The notes under the pieces are model-generated. The model did not search any database and was not told the DNA's origin. It was given only the letters and a program-made list of their open reading frames with translations. A program made the position numbers and the translations under genes. 64,000 nucleotides of DNA from Eledone cirrhosa (taxonomy: Eukaryota), in the NCBI GenBank assembly GCA_964016885.1, contig OZ024761.1, positions 15,996,001-16,060,000 of the forward strand, given 5' to 3'. Each line of letters begins with the position of its first letter. Within the stretch, counting starts at the first letter, position 1. Shown piece after piece: positions 1 to 12,970 of the stretch.

Positions 1-63
1 GTATGTGCGTGTGTCTGGATAGATAGATAGATATGAAACAGCATGTTTCATTATAATATACAG

Positions 64-419
64 CAGAGGTTCTCAAAGTGGGTGTTACCACCCAACCCCG
101 GGTGGGGCGTTGAGAAGTTCCAAGGAGAATGCTGGGACCTAAAGGCCCATGAGGAGGGGGGGGCGTAGAGATGGTAAAATAGTATATTAAATATCAAATG
201 ATACGTATTATATATAAATATAGTAAAATAAAAAATATATATATTTTTATACATAGTATATATTAAATTATAATATATATAAATTAATGATTTTATCTAT
301 TATATGTTATTTACAATTTGCATGCATGCAGGTCTCTCTGGAAATAGGGTTGATGGGGTGCTGAGTGTATTGCATGGCCATGAGGGGTGGCTATGGCCCA
401 AGAAGTTTGAGAACTTCTG
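64..419. mobile_element. hAT (Charlie-like) MITE
   Basis: Imperfect TIRs CAGAGGTTCTCAAA / TTTGAGAACTTCTG and an exact 8-bp TSD ATATACAG at 56-63 and 420-427; no coding capacity. Confidence 0.85.
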
Positions 420-726
420 ATATACAGTATCTTGGTTTAGATAGTAGGATCCCATGTTAGTCAACCTCAGCCGGCTTATTTCCATATGTAAATTTGTTTG
501 CTCATGGTAACGCACCCTTCTCTTTTGAACTATTTAGCTATTTAATAAATAAGACATATAATTGTAAGTATAATATAATAGCAACACACATATATATATA
601 CCCATATATTCACACTCGCCCATACAAACTTATATATGTATGTATAATAACGAGTTTACTCAATAAAACAGGTCATTACAGATCATACAGTGTCTACATG
701 CATGCCTGTGTATTTATATATATATA

Positions 727-1030
727 TCATCATCATCATCATTATTTTACGTCTGCTTCTCCATGCTTGCAAGGGTGGGGTGGGTCCTATTCAGTACAGT
801 ATCTCTCCACTTGTCACAGTCCTTCGTCATCTCCACCGTGAGCTTCAGTGATGTGAGGTCTGCTCTCACCACCTCCGCCCATGTTTTTCGTGGTCTTCCT
901 CTACTGCGTCTTCCTTCTACTCAGATTTCTTGGCACTTCTTTACCCAGCGGTCATCCTCCATGCGCATCACATGTCCATACCATCTCAGTCTTCTCTCCC
1001 GTATACCACAACTTATCCCCTTTATACAGT
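727..1030 (-). mobile_element. RTE LINE 3' fragment with (GAT)n tail
   Basis: Minus strand reads RERRLRWYGHVMRMEDDRWVKKC...GRPRKTWAEVV (RTE ORF C-terminus), then CCCACCCTTGCAAGCA...GACGTAAAA(TGA)n. Confidence 0.8.
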
Positions 1031-1116
1031 CTCTCTCTCAACTCATCTATGCTTCGTCGTATATATATTATATGTGTATATATAATACATATACATATAA
1101 TATATATGTATATATA

Positions 1117-1391
1117 TCTATCTATCTAAGGCGGGTAAAATTCCCGAGATCCATGGACGAGTTCTCTCCAGCGGTCTCTGTCCCTCATTATCGCTGCAAT
1201 ATCCTGCATCTCCAACAGACCAGTGTCTGTCCTTAGGGCATCAACATATGTTAACCTTGGTCTTCCTCTTCTAGTGTGTCCATGTAGGGGCTCCCAAAGG
1301 AGCACTGAGTGCAATGTCAACTCTGGATGTCGGTGAGCATGTCCAGCCAACCTCAGTCTCCTCTGTGTCACTTTTGAGCTGACTTTTGGGA
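1117..1391 (-). mobile_element. RTE LINE 3' fragment (second family) with (ATAG)n tail
   Basis: KVTQRRLRLAGHAHRHPEL...GRPRLTYVDALRTDTG...RDRWRELV; the same 3' end recurs at 61285-61355. Confidence 0.8.
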
Positions 1392-1458
1392 TGTATATAT
1401 ATATAATATATATATAATACACACACACATATATATAATATATATATATAACACAACC

Positions 1459-1763
1459 GAAAGGTTGTGAGTTCAATTCTCAGACCGGGTGATGTGTTGT
1501 TTCCTTGAGCAAGACACTTTATTTCACATTGCTCCAGTTTACTCAGCTGTAGAAATGAGATGATAGGGACTGGGGTCCATATCATTCCACTACAAAGTGG
1601 TCGTGGAGGTGCCACGGCAAAAAAGCACCCAGCACTCAGTGTAAATGAGGTTGGTGTTAGGAAGGGCATCCAGCTGTAGAAATCCAGCCAGAATCAGTTC
1701 CCGTCCCACCCTTGCAAGCAGGGAAAAAGCGGACGTAAAAATGAAATGATGATGAATGATGAT
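1459..1763 (+). mobile_element. tRNA-derived CORE-SINE, 5'-truncated
   Basis: B box GAGTTCAATTC, CORE-like CCTTGAGCAAGACACTTTA...CTCAGCTGTAGAAATGAG, RTE-type 3' end with (GAT)n. Confidence 0.8.
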
Positions 1764-1830
1764 ATATATATATATTATATATATATAATACATATATATC
1801 ATGATGATGATGATATATATATATATATAT

Positions 1831-1862
<32 letters not shown>

Positions 1863-2362
1863 TAGTACAGACTAGCCGACCTTCCATGGGTACAAGCTAA
1901 AGCATATAGACAATATGCCCCCACACCCTCCCACTGTAAAGTGGACGTGTAGGCACCACAGAAAAAAGCACCCAGCACTCACTGTAAATGAGGTTGGTGT
2001 TAGGAAGGGCATCCAGCTGTAGAAATCAAGCCAAAATCAGTTCCTGTATGAGCAAGGCATGGTCAGCCGACCAGACACTGCCCACAACAGTACAAGCCGT
2101 CTAACCCATGCTAGCATGGAAGAACGGACATAAAACAGTGATGATGATGATGATGATATATATATAATACATATATTATATATATAAGATATATATATAT
2201 AAAAGATATATATATATATATATAATACATATATTATATATATAATACATATATAAATTTATAATATATATATGTATGATATATATATATATATTATAAT
2301 ATATATATTATATATATAATACACACACATATATATATATATAATACATATATATATATATT

Positions 2363-2738
2363 ATCATCACCATCATCATCACCGTTTTACGTCCGTTCTT
2401 CCACGCTAGCATGGGTTAGACGGGTTGTCCTGTTGTGGGCAGTGTCCAGTTGGCTGACTTTGTCTTGCTCATACAGGAACTGATTTTGGTTTGATTTCTA
2501 CAGCTGGATGCTCTTCCTAACACCAACCTCATTTACAGTGAGTGCGGGGTGCTTTTTTTTTGCCGTGGCACCTCCACGACCACTTTGCAGTGGAATGATA
2601 TGGACCCCAGTCCTATCATCTCATTTCTACAGCTGAGTAAACTGGACCAATGAGAAATAAAGTGTCTTGCTCAAGGAAACAACACATCACCCGGTCTGAG
2701 AATTGAACTCACAACCTTTCAATTGCAAGCCCAATGCG
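2363..2738 (-). mobile_element. tRNA-derived CORE-SINE
   Basis: Reverse-complement copy of the same family with a variant RTE-type tail. Confidence 0.8.
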
Positions 2739-2968
2739 CCTTTTATATATAATACACACATGCTAGTGTGAAAGATGGACGTTAAACGATGATGATGATG
2801 ATGATGATATATATATAATACATATATATATATATTATATATATATATAATATATATAGTAATAATAATAAATGTGAAGACTAAAATCCAAAGAGGGCTC
2901 GATAAGGATAAATATATATCAAATATATAAGAACCCTAGAGCAAATGTTTATTAAAATAACAGATTAA

Positions 2969-3019
2969 AGTTTAAGCAAAGAATAGCTGCTTTCACCCTT
3001 AACGGGATCTTCAGAAACT
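2969..3019 (-). ncRNA. Type I hammerhead ribozyme motif (family B)
   Basis: Minus strand: AGUUU-CUGAAGA-UCCC guuaa GGGU-GAAA-GCA...UGC-UU-AAACU; all three stems pair; related copies near 15690, 35751 and 59040. Confidence 0.65.
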
Positions 3020-3034
3020 CCCGTTAAGGTAGTG

Positions 3035-5060
3035 GTAGAACAGTAAGGTGAAGGAGACAATCAAGGCCAAAAAGCAGGCTTGGAAAGTATGGCAGGATGG
3101 GGGAAGTAGAGAACACTATCAAGTGGCCAGGAGGGAAGCTAGGAGACAAGCGTACTTTGCAAGAAGGGAAGCAGAGGATAGAAAGTTCAAGCATGTTCTA
3201 CAACGCGAGGACCAAAAACGTGAGGTGTTCAGGATTACTAGACAATGTGTCAAGGAAAACCGTGATATTGTCGGGGAGAAGTGTATCCATAATGATGATG
3301 GTGTACTTGCCCTCACTGATACTGATAAGAAGTTAGCTTGGAAGTGTCACGAGAGACTACTAAATGAGGAGAATAAATGGGAAAAAGATAGTCTGCCTCA
3401 AATCGATCTAATAGAGGGACCAGCAATGCAAGTTAAAGGTAGTATAATAAGTAAGACAATCAAAGATATGAAGATAGGCAAGGCAGCTGGGCCTTCAGAG
3501 ATAGTTGCTGAGATGTTGAAAGCATCTGGAATGGTGGGACATACTGTGGTCACCCAGATAGTAAACCAAGTAATACAGAATGGGGTCATACCAAATGACT
3601 GGCGTAGCAACATCATCATTAACTGCTACAAGGGTAAAGGAAATGCTCTAGATAGGGAAAACTATACAGGCGTTAAATTAGTTGACCAGGTCATGAAGGT
3701 CACAGAAAGAGTTATAGCACAACTAATCAGAGAGCGAATTGATCTAGATGAAATGCAGTTTGGGTTTGTGTCAGGTAAAAGTGCCATAGACGCTCTTTTC
3801 CTTGTACGACAACTACAGGAGAAGTACCTAGCTAAAAGTAAACCCCTCTACTTAGCTTTTGTTGACTTGGAGAAAGCCTTTGACAGAGTCCCCCACTCCA
3901 TTATCTGGTGGGCTCTTAGAAAACTAGGTGTAGATGAATGGCTTGTGAGAGCTATACAACCCTTATATAAAGAAACAGTCAGCAAGGTTAGAATTAACAA
4001 TGAATATAGTGAAGAATTTAGCGTAAAAGTTCATCAAGGCTCTGTCCTTAGCCCCCTCCTATTTATTATTGCCCTATAACAGAAGAGTTTAAAACCGGCT
4101 GCTCATGGGAACTTCTATACGCAGATGATATAACTCTCATAACTGAATCTATGGCTGAACTAGATAAGAAATTCCAAACATGGAAGCATGGCCTAGAATC
4201 AAAAGGCCTTAAAGTTAACTTGTCTAAGACTAAAGTTCTAGTATGTAGAAAAGGAAAATAGGGCACAGGTTTCCTCTGGGAAATGGCCATGCTCAGTGTG
4301 TAGGAAAGGAGTAGGTAGAAATTCCATTTTATGTCCCAAATGCAAACTATGGGTACATAAAAGATGTAGTGGGACAGGTAAGCTATCTAAAATGTAGATT
4401 TTATATGTAGCTGATGCTCAGGTGCAATAGGTAGCAAGTGTCCACAGGATACTAGCCCCTTCTATTGCCCAGATGGTTCTACAGAAATACTGGACACTTT
4501 CCTCGTTACCTGGGTGACAAAATCAGCAGTGGTGGAGGGTGCTCTGAAAGTACAGTAGCCAGAGTCAGAATGGGATGGAAAAAGTTCAGAGAGCTTATAC
4601 TGCTGTTGGCCACAAAAGGTTTTTCTCTAAAAATGAAAGGCAGATTGTATGATGCCTGTATACGAACAGCAATGTTACATGGCAGTGAGACATGGGCATT
4701 GTGTGAAGAGGACCTGCATAGACTGGAAAGGAACGAAGCATGCATGCTCCGTTGGATGTGTAATAGTAATATACGCGAACGGCAAAACATATATGAACTA
4801 AGTGAGAAATTAGGAATAAGAGGGATCAGATGCTGTTTACTTGAGAGAAGACTACGTTGGTATGGCCACGTGATGCGCATGAAAGACGACAGCTGTATAA
4901 AAAAGTGCAGGGCGATAAAAATTGATGGAAGTTACGGAGTAGGTAGATCACAAAAAAACTGGATCAATTTGATAAATTCCGACCTTACACACGTGTACCT
5001 CTCTAAGAAAATGTCACTGGAACGAGCTCTTTAGCGCCACGCAGTAATACAGAAAATGCA
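3035..5060 (+). mobile_element. Degenerate RTE-clade LINE ORF (RT region to C-terminus) with internal PHD finger
   Basis: QFGF, LAFVDLEKAFDRVP, VHQGSVLSPLLF, ELLYADD, YLGD, HGSETW and RRLRWYGHVMRM motifs across frameshifts. Confidence 0.92.
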
Positions 5061-5916
5061 CCTTCCCTCTGTACAAAGCAAAAACTACAGTCAGTAGGCA
5101 CCTCTTAACCAAATACACACCTCAACCCACTACCCCTACTCCATCCCCCCACTCCCACCATCACCACCCTTTCTCTGTAAAGTTATGTTGGTACCACAAC
5201 ATCGAGACCAAACTAATGAGATTGTGTAAGTGTCACGAGAGAAAAACACACAGTCCACGCAGTAATGTGGCCATGTAGGTAACATGGTAAAACCTTCCAT
5301 AATATATATATATAATATATAATATATATATATAAGATATATATAATATATAATATATATAATATATATATAATATATATATATAATATATATATAATAT
5401 ATATAATATATATATATAATATATACATAATATATATATAATAAATATATATATTGTTATACTTTGGGAGGGTCATGTTGCCAATAAGAAACACACGCAC
5501 CAGTTGCTTTCACTTCAATTTATTATAATAAATTTATAAATTTAGGAATTTATAAATTTCCGGTTGGTTGGTTGGTTGGTTCAACAACCAGATGGTTGTT
5601 TATATATTGTCAAAGTTCTTTCGTCACACATTCTGTGACCTCGTCAGTGACTGGGGATCCTTTTCTTTGTTTTTTGTGCCTCTCCTTTGTTCTGTCCTAC
5701 GCTATCTTGTTTTTGTGTGTGTGTTGTGTGCTTAGTTTGCGCATGTGTTACATCCGTATGGATGAAAGGCAAAGTCAACCTCGGTAATATATGATGTATA
5801 TACATATTTATATATATATACATTATATATATATAAATATTATATATATATATAATGTATATATATATATATATAATATTTATATATATATATATATAAT
5901 GTGTATATATATATAA

Positions 5917-5950
<34 letters not shown>

Positions 5951-5962
5951 ATATATATATAC

Positions 5963-6046
<84 letters not shown>

Positions 6047-6109
6047 CATTATATATATAGAAACAATTATATATATATATATATATATATACATTATATA
6101 TATAGAAAC

Positions 6110-6143
<34 letters not shown>

Positions 6144-6445
6144 TATATATATATATAATATATATATAAATATACATTATATATATAATATACATACATC
6201 ATATATATATATACTATATATAGATATGTACGATACATATATATATATATATAATATATAATATATATATATATATATAAATATATAAATATATATATAT
6301 TATATATATATAATATATATATAATATATATATGTAGAGGTTATATTTAATTTGTTAGGATTCAACAAGCTTATCCAGGAAGCTCCAACCGTTAAGGTTG
6401 TCTTTTTTCCGGGCATGTCAATATTTATTTATAAAACAAATCTGT

Positions 6446-6509
6446 ATTTTATCTGATGAAAGAGCACCATAATTTGCCTTGGTTGCCCTTGAAATATGTA
6501 TAATAAAAT
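6446..6509 (+). ncRNA. Minimal type I hammerhead ribozyme (family A)
   Basis: AUUUUAU-CUGAUGA-stem II-GAAA-UAUGUA-UA-AUAAAAU; short quasi-palindromic stem III as in Penelope-type minimal hammerheads. Confidence 0.75.
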
Positions 6510-6635
6510 TCTGACGTCACCAGCTATGTCTCTCCATGTGTGTTTATTTTTATAATTCCGCACGAGGTGAACTAGCCTGCTTTTAAATTCCCTTTTTGGC
6601 ATATTCTAGCAGTAATATAGGGTTATCGTGTTTGA

Positions 6636-6716
6636 GCTCTACTGATGAACGATTCCAAACGTGACCATCCCCACTGAAAAGTTTCGTGAAATAGTATTTT
6701 TAAGGCTATATAGAGC
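6636..6716 (+). ncRNA. Type I hammerhead ribozyme
   Basis: GCUCUA-CUGAUGA-ACGA...UCGU-GAAA-UAGU...GCUA-UA-UAGAGC; intact core and three pairable stems. Confidence 0.8.
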
Positions 6717-6823
6717 ATTTGTAGTTTTTTCCAAATTGAAGGATGAGTATTTAAGCTTTATTTGATTCTGAGTTAAAACTCTATTGGTTTTACCCTGGAT
6801 TTCACAAATCCAGATCCGGCTGG

Positions 6824-7012
6824 ATCCCCAAGCAAGACCAGCTAAGTTCATGGATGTTATCCAACCATCTTGCTCGGGGCCTCTCCCTGGGTCTCCTGCT
6901 GGTTGGTTTTACCCATAAAATCTGTCCAACAATTCTTTCTAGAAACATTCTAACCACATGCCCATAGTATTGGAGCTATGATTTCTCAATTCTAACAAGT
7001 AGTGGTCCTACT
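6824..7012 (-). mobile_element. RTE LINE C-terminal fragment
   Basis: PLLVRIEKS*LQYYGHVVRM...RRPRERPRARWLDNI. Confidence 0.75.
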
Positions 7013-7069
7013 TATAAATGTTAATATATATTAATCTCAAGACTTTCTTAATTTAGTAGATCTGACTTT

Positions 7070-7180
7070 ATAGTCCCCTAAATTGAGATTTTGGCTTAAG
7101 TTTAATATGATGAATTGCTTCTCTGAGTTTGATATTTTATCTGTATATTTTATCCATTCATTGAGATCTTTAAGTATTAG
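7070..7180 (-). mobile_element. Possible Penelope-like GIY-YIG endonuclease C-terminal remnant
   Basis: Minus strand reads KLREAIHHIKLKPK(L)N with a frameshift; related copy at about 36965-37060 (SLREAISYIKIK). Confidence 0.35.
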
Positions 7181-7344
7181 ATATAAGCAAGATGTGAGCC
7201 CCTAGGCCCATCAGAGAATAGAGTAGTTCTGCTTGAACATTTACCAGTCTGTGATGACCCATCCAACCTTTGTTAGTAGGGAAAATGGACATTAAATGAT
7301 GACAATGATTTGTGTGTTGTGTGTATATATATATATATATATAT

Positions 7345-7855
<511 letters not shown>

Positions 7856-7918
7856 GAGGCTCATGGCTTAGTGGTTAGAGCATTGGCCTTGCAATCGAAA
7901 GGTTGTGAGTTCAATTCT

Positions 7919-8565
7919 ATAGCACCCGCCTGCATTTGAAAAATGTGTCTATCAATGCGATTTCTACTGTCTAATTTCCCTGTACATCTACTGCATACGT
8001 ATTTCTCCCTACCTGTTAGTTTGCCTGCTATCCCACTATATCTCTTGTGTACCCAGGATCTGCATTGTGTGCATTTTATAGAATTTATGCCAGTTCCTCT
8101 TCTGCATATCGAACATGGCCATTTCCCTGACGGAATCACAGTTTTGTCCTCTCTTCTACTCATCAACACTTTTGTCTTAGCTAGGTTCACTCTCAGTCCT
8201 CTTGCTTCCAACTGCTGTTTCCATAGCCAGAATTTATTCTCTAGCTCCTCTACTGATTCTGCTATAAGAACCAGATCATCAGCATAAAGAAGTTCCCATG
8301 GACAGCCAGTCTTAAACTCCTCTGTTATAGCTTGGAGGACTATAATGAACAAGAGCGGGCTGAGGACCGAACCTTGATGTACTCCTACTTGTATCTGGAA
8401 TTCCTCACTAAACTCCATTCCTGCCCTGACTTTACTGACAGCACCCCTGTACATAGCTTGCACTGTCCTCACAAGCCATTCCTCAACACCTAGTTTCCTT
8501 AGGGACCACCAGATGACAGATCGGGGTACCCTATCAAAGGCCTTCTCTAGGTCAACAAAGGCTAT
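7919..8565 (-). mobile_element. RTE LINE RT fragment with internal PHD finger
   Basis: AFVDLEKAFDRVP, GVHQGSVLSPLLF and ELLYADD, then WPCSICRRG...CTQCRSWVHKRYSG...CSRC. Confidence 0.92.
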
Positions 8566-9930
8566 ACATATATATGGAAAGAGAGAGATTTGTTAAAGCA
8601 ATTTTTGGATATTGATATGTTTATACATCGAGTGGAAATGTGGAGTGGAAAAATGAAACATTGGTGATTATGTATGGCCACATGTGGTGTGGAAACAGAG
8701 TGGATATATGTGGTGTTGAAACATGAAGTGGATATATGTGAGTGAAAACATGGAATGTTGGTTGGGATTGAGATTCAAATGGTAGAAACATGGGAAGTTT
8801 TGATTTTATGGCTTAATGAGAAGAAGGCCTCCAAGAGTGCTAGGATAGCCTGTGAGAAAGAAAGAAACTCTGATTCACGAGTTGTCTTCAAGCTGACCTG
8901 GCAGAAGGAAGCATCAGAATACTGAAGGAAATACACTGTGGGATTTCCAGTGACTTACATTCTGAGTTGTTAGAATGTCAGATAGAATGACTGGCAGTCA
9001 TTTTCACGGTCACTTACATTTTGAGTTCAAAACCCACCGAGATGAACTTGGCCTTTCATCCTTCTAGAATTGATAAAGAAAGTACCAGTCAAGGGCTATA
9101 GGCTGTTAGAGTGAGTTATTAGAATAATGGATAGAATGACTGGCAGTAAATGTCCTAGTTCCTTACATTCTAAGTTCAAATCCCACTGAGGTTAACTTGG
9201 CTAACCATCATTCCTTACATTCTGAATTCAAATCCCACTGAAGTTAACTTGGTCTTTTATCTTTTACAATTTATAAAGAAACTTCCAGTCTACAACAATG
9301 GACTATTAGAGTGAGTTATTAGAATGACAGATAGAATGGCTGGCAGTAAATGTCCTAGTTCCTTACATTCTGAGTTTAAACTCCACTGTAGCTCACTTAG
9401 GTGGTAGATAAACATAATCTGTTTCCCAATTTAAACCCAAACCTGGGTGTCTCCAGCAGTAGGTATCTCCTTTGTTGTAAGGATTTGGACAAGGTTTCCA
9501 GTTAAAGGATGTCTTCTTTGTCAATCAAATTACTGAATCTTGTAAAAGAGCTAAAAGAAATGGGCTCTAAACATGAATTTAGCAGTTTGACAAATACTCA
9601 TCTTATTGGTGATTATAATGATAATGATGATGATGACAGAAATGATGAACACAATTTCATCTGAATATATATATATGTGTGTGTGTGTGTATGTACATAT
9701 ACATATGTGTGTGCGTGTATATATGATAGTTAAACCTTTGTAACAGCATGAAGTGCTTACACAGTTCACTACCTATAACTAATGTAACACACCTAACAAC
9801 TATATATATATATGAATACACACACTCACATATATATATTATTAGTGGTCTCCCCGGTCTCAGCACCACAAACTCTCTCTCTATATATTTATATATATAT
9901 ATATATATGTGTGTATATATATATATATGA

Positions 9931-9964
<34 letters not shown>

Positions 9965-10152
9965 GTATAGACATATACATAGATAACTTCATTTTATCTT
10001 GTTTAAGAAGTCAGTTTCAGCTGTTTCAAGGTTTGACAGCCTGTGAAATATTGAACTCAGTCTAACAAATCAACTATCACCTTTAATGATAGAAAATACA
10101 ATCAGTTCATTTTACATCTCATGTGGACCTCTAAATCAAGGTTTTATTGATG

Positions 10153-10183
<31 letters not shown>

Positions 10184-10189
10184 TTATAT

Positions 10190-10534
10190 ATAATATATAA
10201 GATCAAAAGATGGTTAAAAGAGTTCCATGTATTTTATTATGCACATTTCAAAAACAAATATCATCATGCAATAATATTTGTGTTTTCATCAGATAAAATA
10301 GGAAGACATAATATGAAGGTTAAAAAACACTTGTGGATAGTGCAGTTTTAAATCAACATATCATATGTTGATTTAAAACTGCACTATCCACAAGTGTTTT
10401 TTAACCTTCATATCATGTCTTCCTATTTTATCTGATGAAAACACAAATATTATTGCATGATGATATTTGTTTTTGAAATGTGCATAATAAAATACATGGA
10501 ACTCTTTTAACCATCTTTTGATCTTATATATTAT
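10190..10534. repeat. Near-perfect palindrome (172-bp arms, 1-nt loop at 10362) carrying two head-to-head hammerheads
   Basis: Arms are reverse complements with one mismatch seen; hammerheads at 10424-10494 (+) and 10230-10300 (-). Confidence 0.92.
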
Positions 10535-10649
10535 GTATACTCCAGTCCTACAAACTGTAGAGTGCTTCTTATCCGATATCTGCATTGCTTTATTGTACTA
10601 CAATAAAACTCACCTCCTACATATATTTATATATATATACATACTTCTT

Positions 10650-11445
10650 GTCAGAAGAGTGCACGAAGGTGACTTTTCAGACCAGCTTTTGTTTTGCAGG
10701 TATGTTCAAACTGTGACACTTGAACTATCTGTCTCCTAACAAAACCGGCTTAGGTGTGTCTTCATGCATTTTTCCACACCTTCTCACTCCCCCAATGACT
10801 TGTAAATTAAGCGACACTCACTGCAAATATACCGTGGAATGTGTGGCGGTAGAACCATCTCAGCGTTTGACGTTTTCTCCTTGGCTCATGTGATTTCAGA
10901 CGGTTAACAAAACCAGCTTTTAGAAGAAATTAGCCACATACATTACACCTCAACTCCTGCTGGATTTTTTCAAGGACTGCACTTGAGTCCTGCTTACAAA
11001 GTTAACGCTTCAAAACAGCATGCTCCACTCACTTTTTCTCAAAGACATCACATCTATCTTTGATGATCTTTCTCCACGATGTACGACCTTCAGCCAGTCT
11101 CTCCCAGTTCTTTATATCAATCTTTAGAGCTTTAAGATTGTCTTTTATGACATCCTTAAACCGCTTCTTTGGTTTATGCTGTGGCCTTTTTCGTCTGGTC
11201 AACTCCCCATAAAATAACTGTTTAGGCAGCCTTCCAGCTTCCATTCTGACCACATTCCTCTTCTCAATACTGGTGCTACCTGCTTTCTCAAGTACCGCAG
11301 CATCAGTTGTGTAAGGGGTCCACTTGATATTCAGAATACGTTGTATACAATGCTGATGAAATCTTTCCAACTGACTGTTATGATGCCAGTTAAGTTGTCC
11401 AAGTTTCGCATCTGTATAGCAGGGCTGTAAGAACACAGGCCTCAT
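10650..11445 (-). mobile_element. RTE (BovB-like) LINE 3' part with three degenerate C2H2 fingers
   Basis: EACVLTALLYRCETWT...RLPKQLFYGEL...KRFKDVIKDNLK, then CNVC..LKSH, CSEC..KMH and CHS..KAGLKSHLRA. Confidence 0.85.
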
Positions 11446-11978
11446 TTCAAAGCCAATTTCAGTGGAAAATGGTGTCAAACAAGCTGACATACCTGCATCC
11501 ACTCAGTTCTCCATCTACTTTGCCATGCTGCTGACATATGTTTTCCAAAACTTCGAAATCGGTGTATACTTGCAAATTAGAACCTCTGGCAAAGTCTTTA
11601 ATCTAAGACAGTTTAACAGTAAGTCCAAAACATTTGACACTTTTGTTAGGGAGTTCCTGTATGCTGATGATACAGATTTTGTGACTCACACAGTAGAGGA
11701 CATGCAGTTGATATTGGACACTGTGTTTGAGCTAAATATTAGTATAAAAAAGACAAAGGTCATGTACACTGCACCAATTGGGAAAGTGTATGTTGAGCCA
11801 GACATTTTCATGAGAGGAAAAAGACTTGAGGTGGTGGAGGCCTTTGTGTATCTCAGCAGTACACTTAGTAGAGATGGTACCCTCAATGCTGAAATAGATC
11901 ACAGGATTACGAAAGCAAGTATTGCCTTGGGAAGCTTGAGAAACGAGTCTGGTCAAATCTGGGTGTCACAAAAAACAC
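11437..11978 (+). mobile_element. Inverted upstream part of the same RTE LINE (RT motifs 4-7)
   Basis: ISVENGVKQ, FLYADD, KKTKVM, FVYLSS and RITKASIA motifs, then GKLEKRVWSNLGVTKNT. Confidence 0.85.
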
Positions 11979-12527
11979 ATGTATACACACACACATATCA
12001 TTGTTTAATGTCCATCTTCCACGCTAGCATGTGTTAAACAGGTTGTCCCATTTGAGGCAAGTTGGGTCAAGTGACCGTGTCTTACTCATATAGGGCTGTT
12101 TCTGGCTCAATTTCTATGGCTGGTTGCCCTCACTTATGCCAACTACATTGTGCTGGGCGCTTTTTGCAATGACTCCTACACAACCACTTTACAGTGTGGG
12201 CTGGGTGCTTTTAGTCATGACACCTACACAACCACTTTACAGTATATATATATATACACATACATACAAAATATGTACATACACACATACATATATATAC
12301 ACATACACACACACATACATATATATATATATACACGTACACACATATATACATATATATATACACATATGTATATATACATACATACACACACTATATA
12401 TATATATACACACACATACACATATTTTCACATATATACACACACACACATATTTTCACATATATACACACACACACACACATACATACATATATACATA
12501 TACACATATATATACATGCATATATAT

Positions 12528-12584
<57 letters not shown>

Positions 12585-12907
12585 TATACACATACATATA
12601 TATGTCACATACATCCATCTAGGCAGATATATTTATATACATCTATGTGTGTGTATGTTTATAATAAATGCATGCATATATATATATACATATTGTACAC
12701 ATGCATGCCTATGTATATTTATTATCGGCTCATTCACATCTATCCATATATATATATATATATACACACACACATACAAACATCATCGATATATACCTTG
12801 TGATATAGATGCTTGCCTATGTAGGCACATAATCATTTAAATACATACGGAGACAGACATACATTAAATCAGTACACATATACACACGTATATTCACATA
12901 CATACTT

Positions 12908-12970
<63 letters not shown>

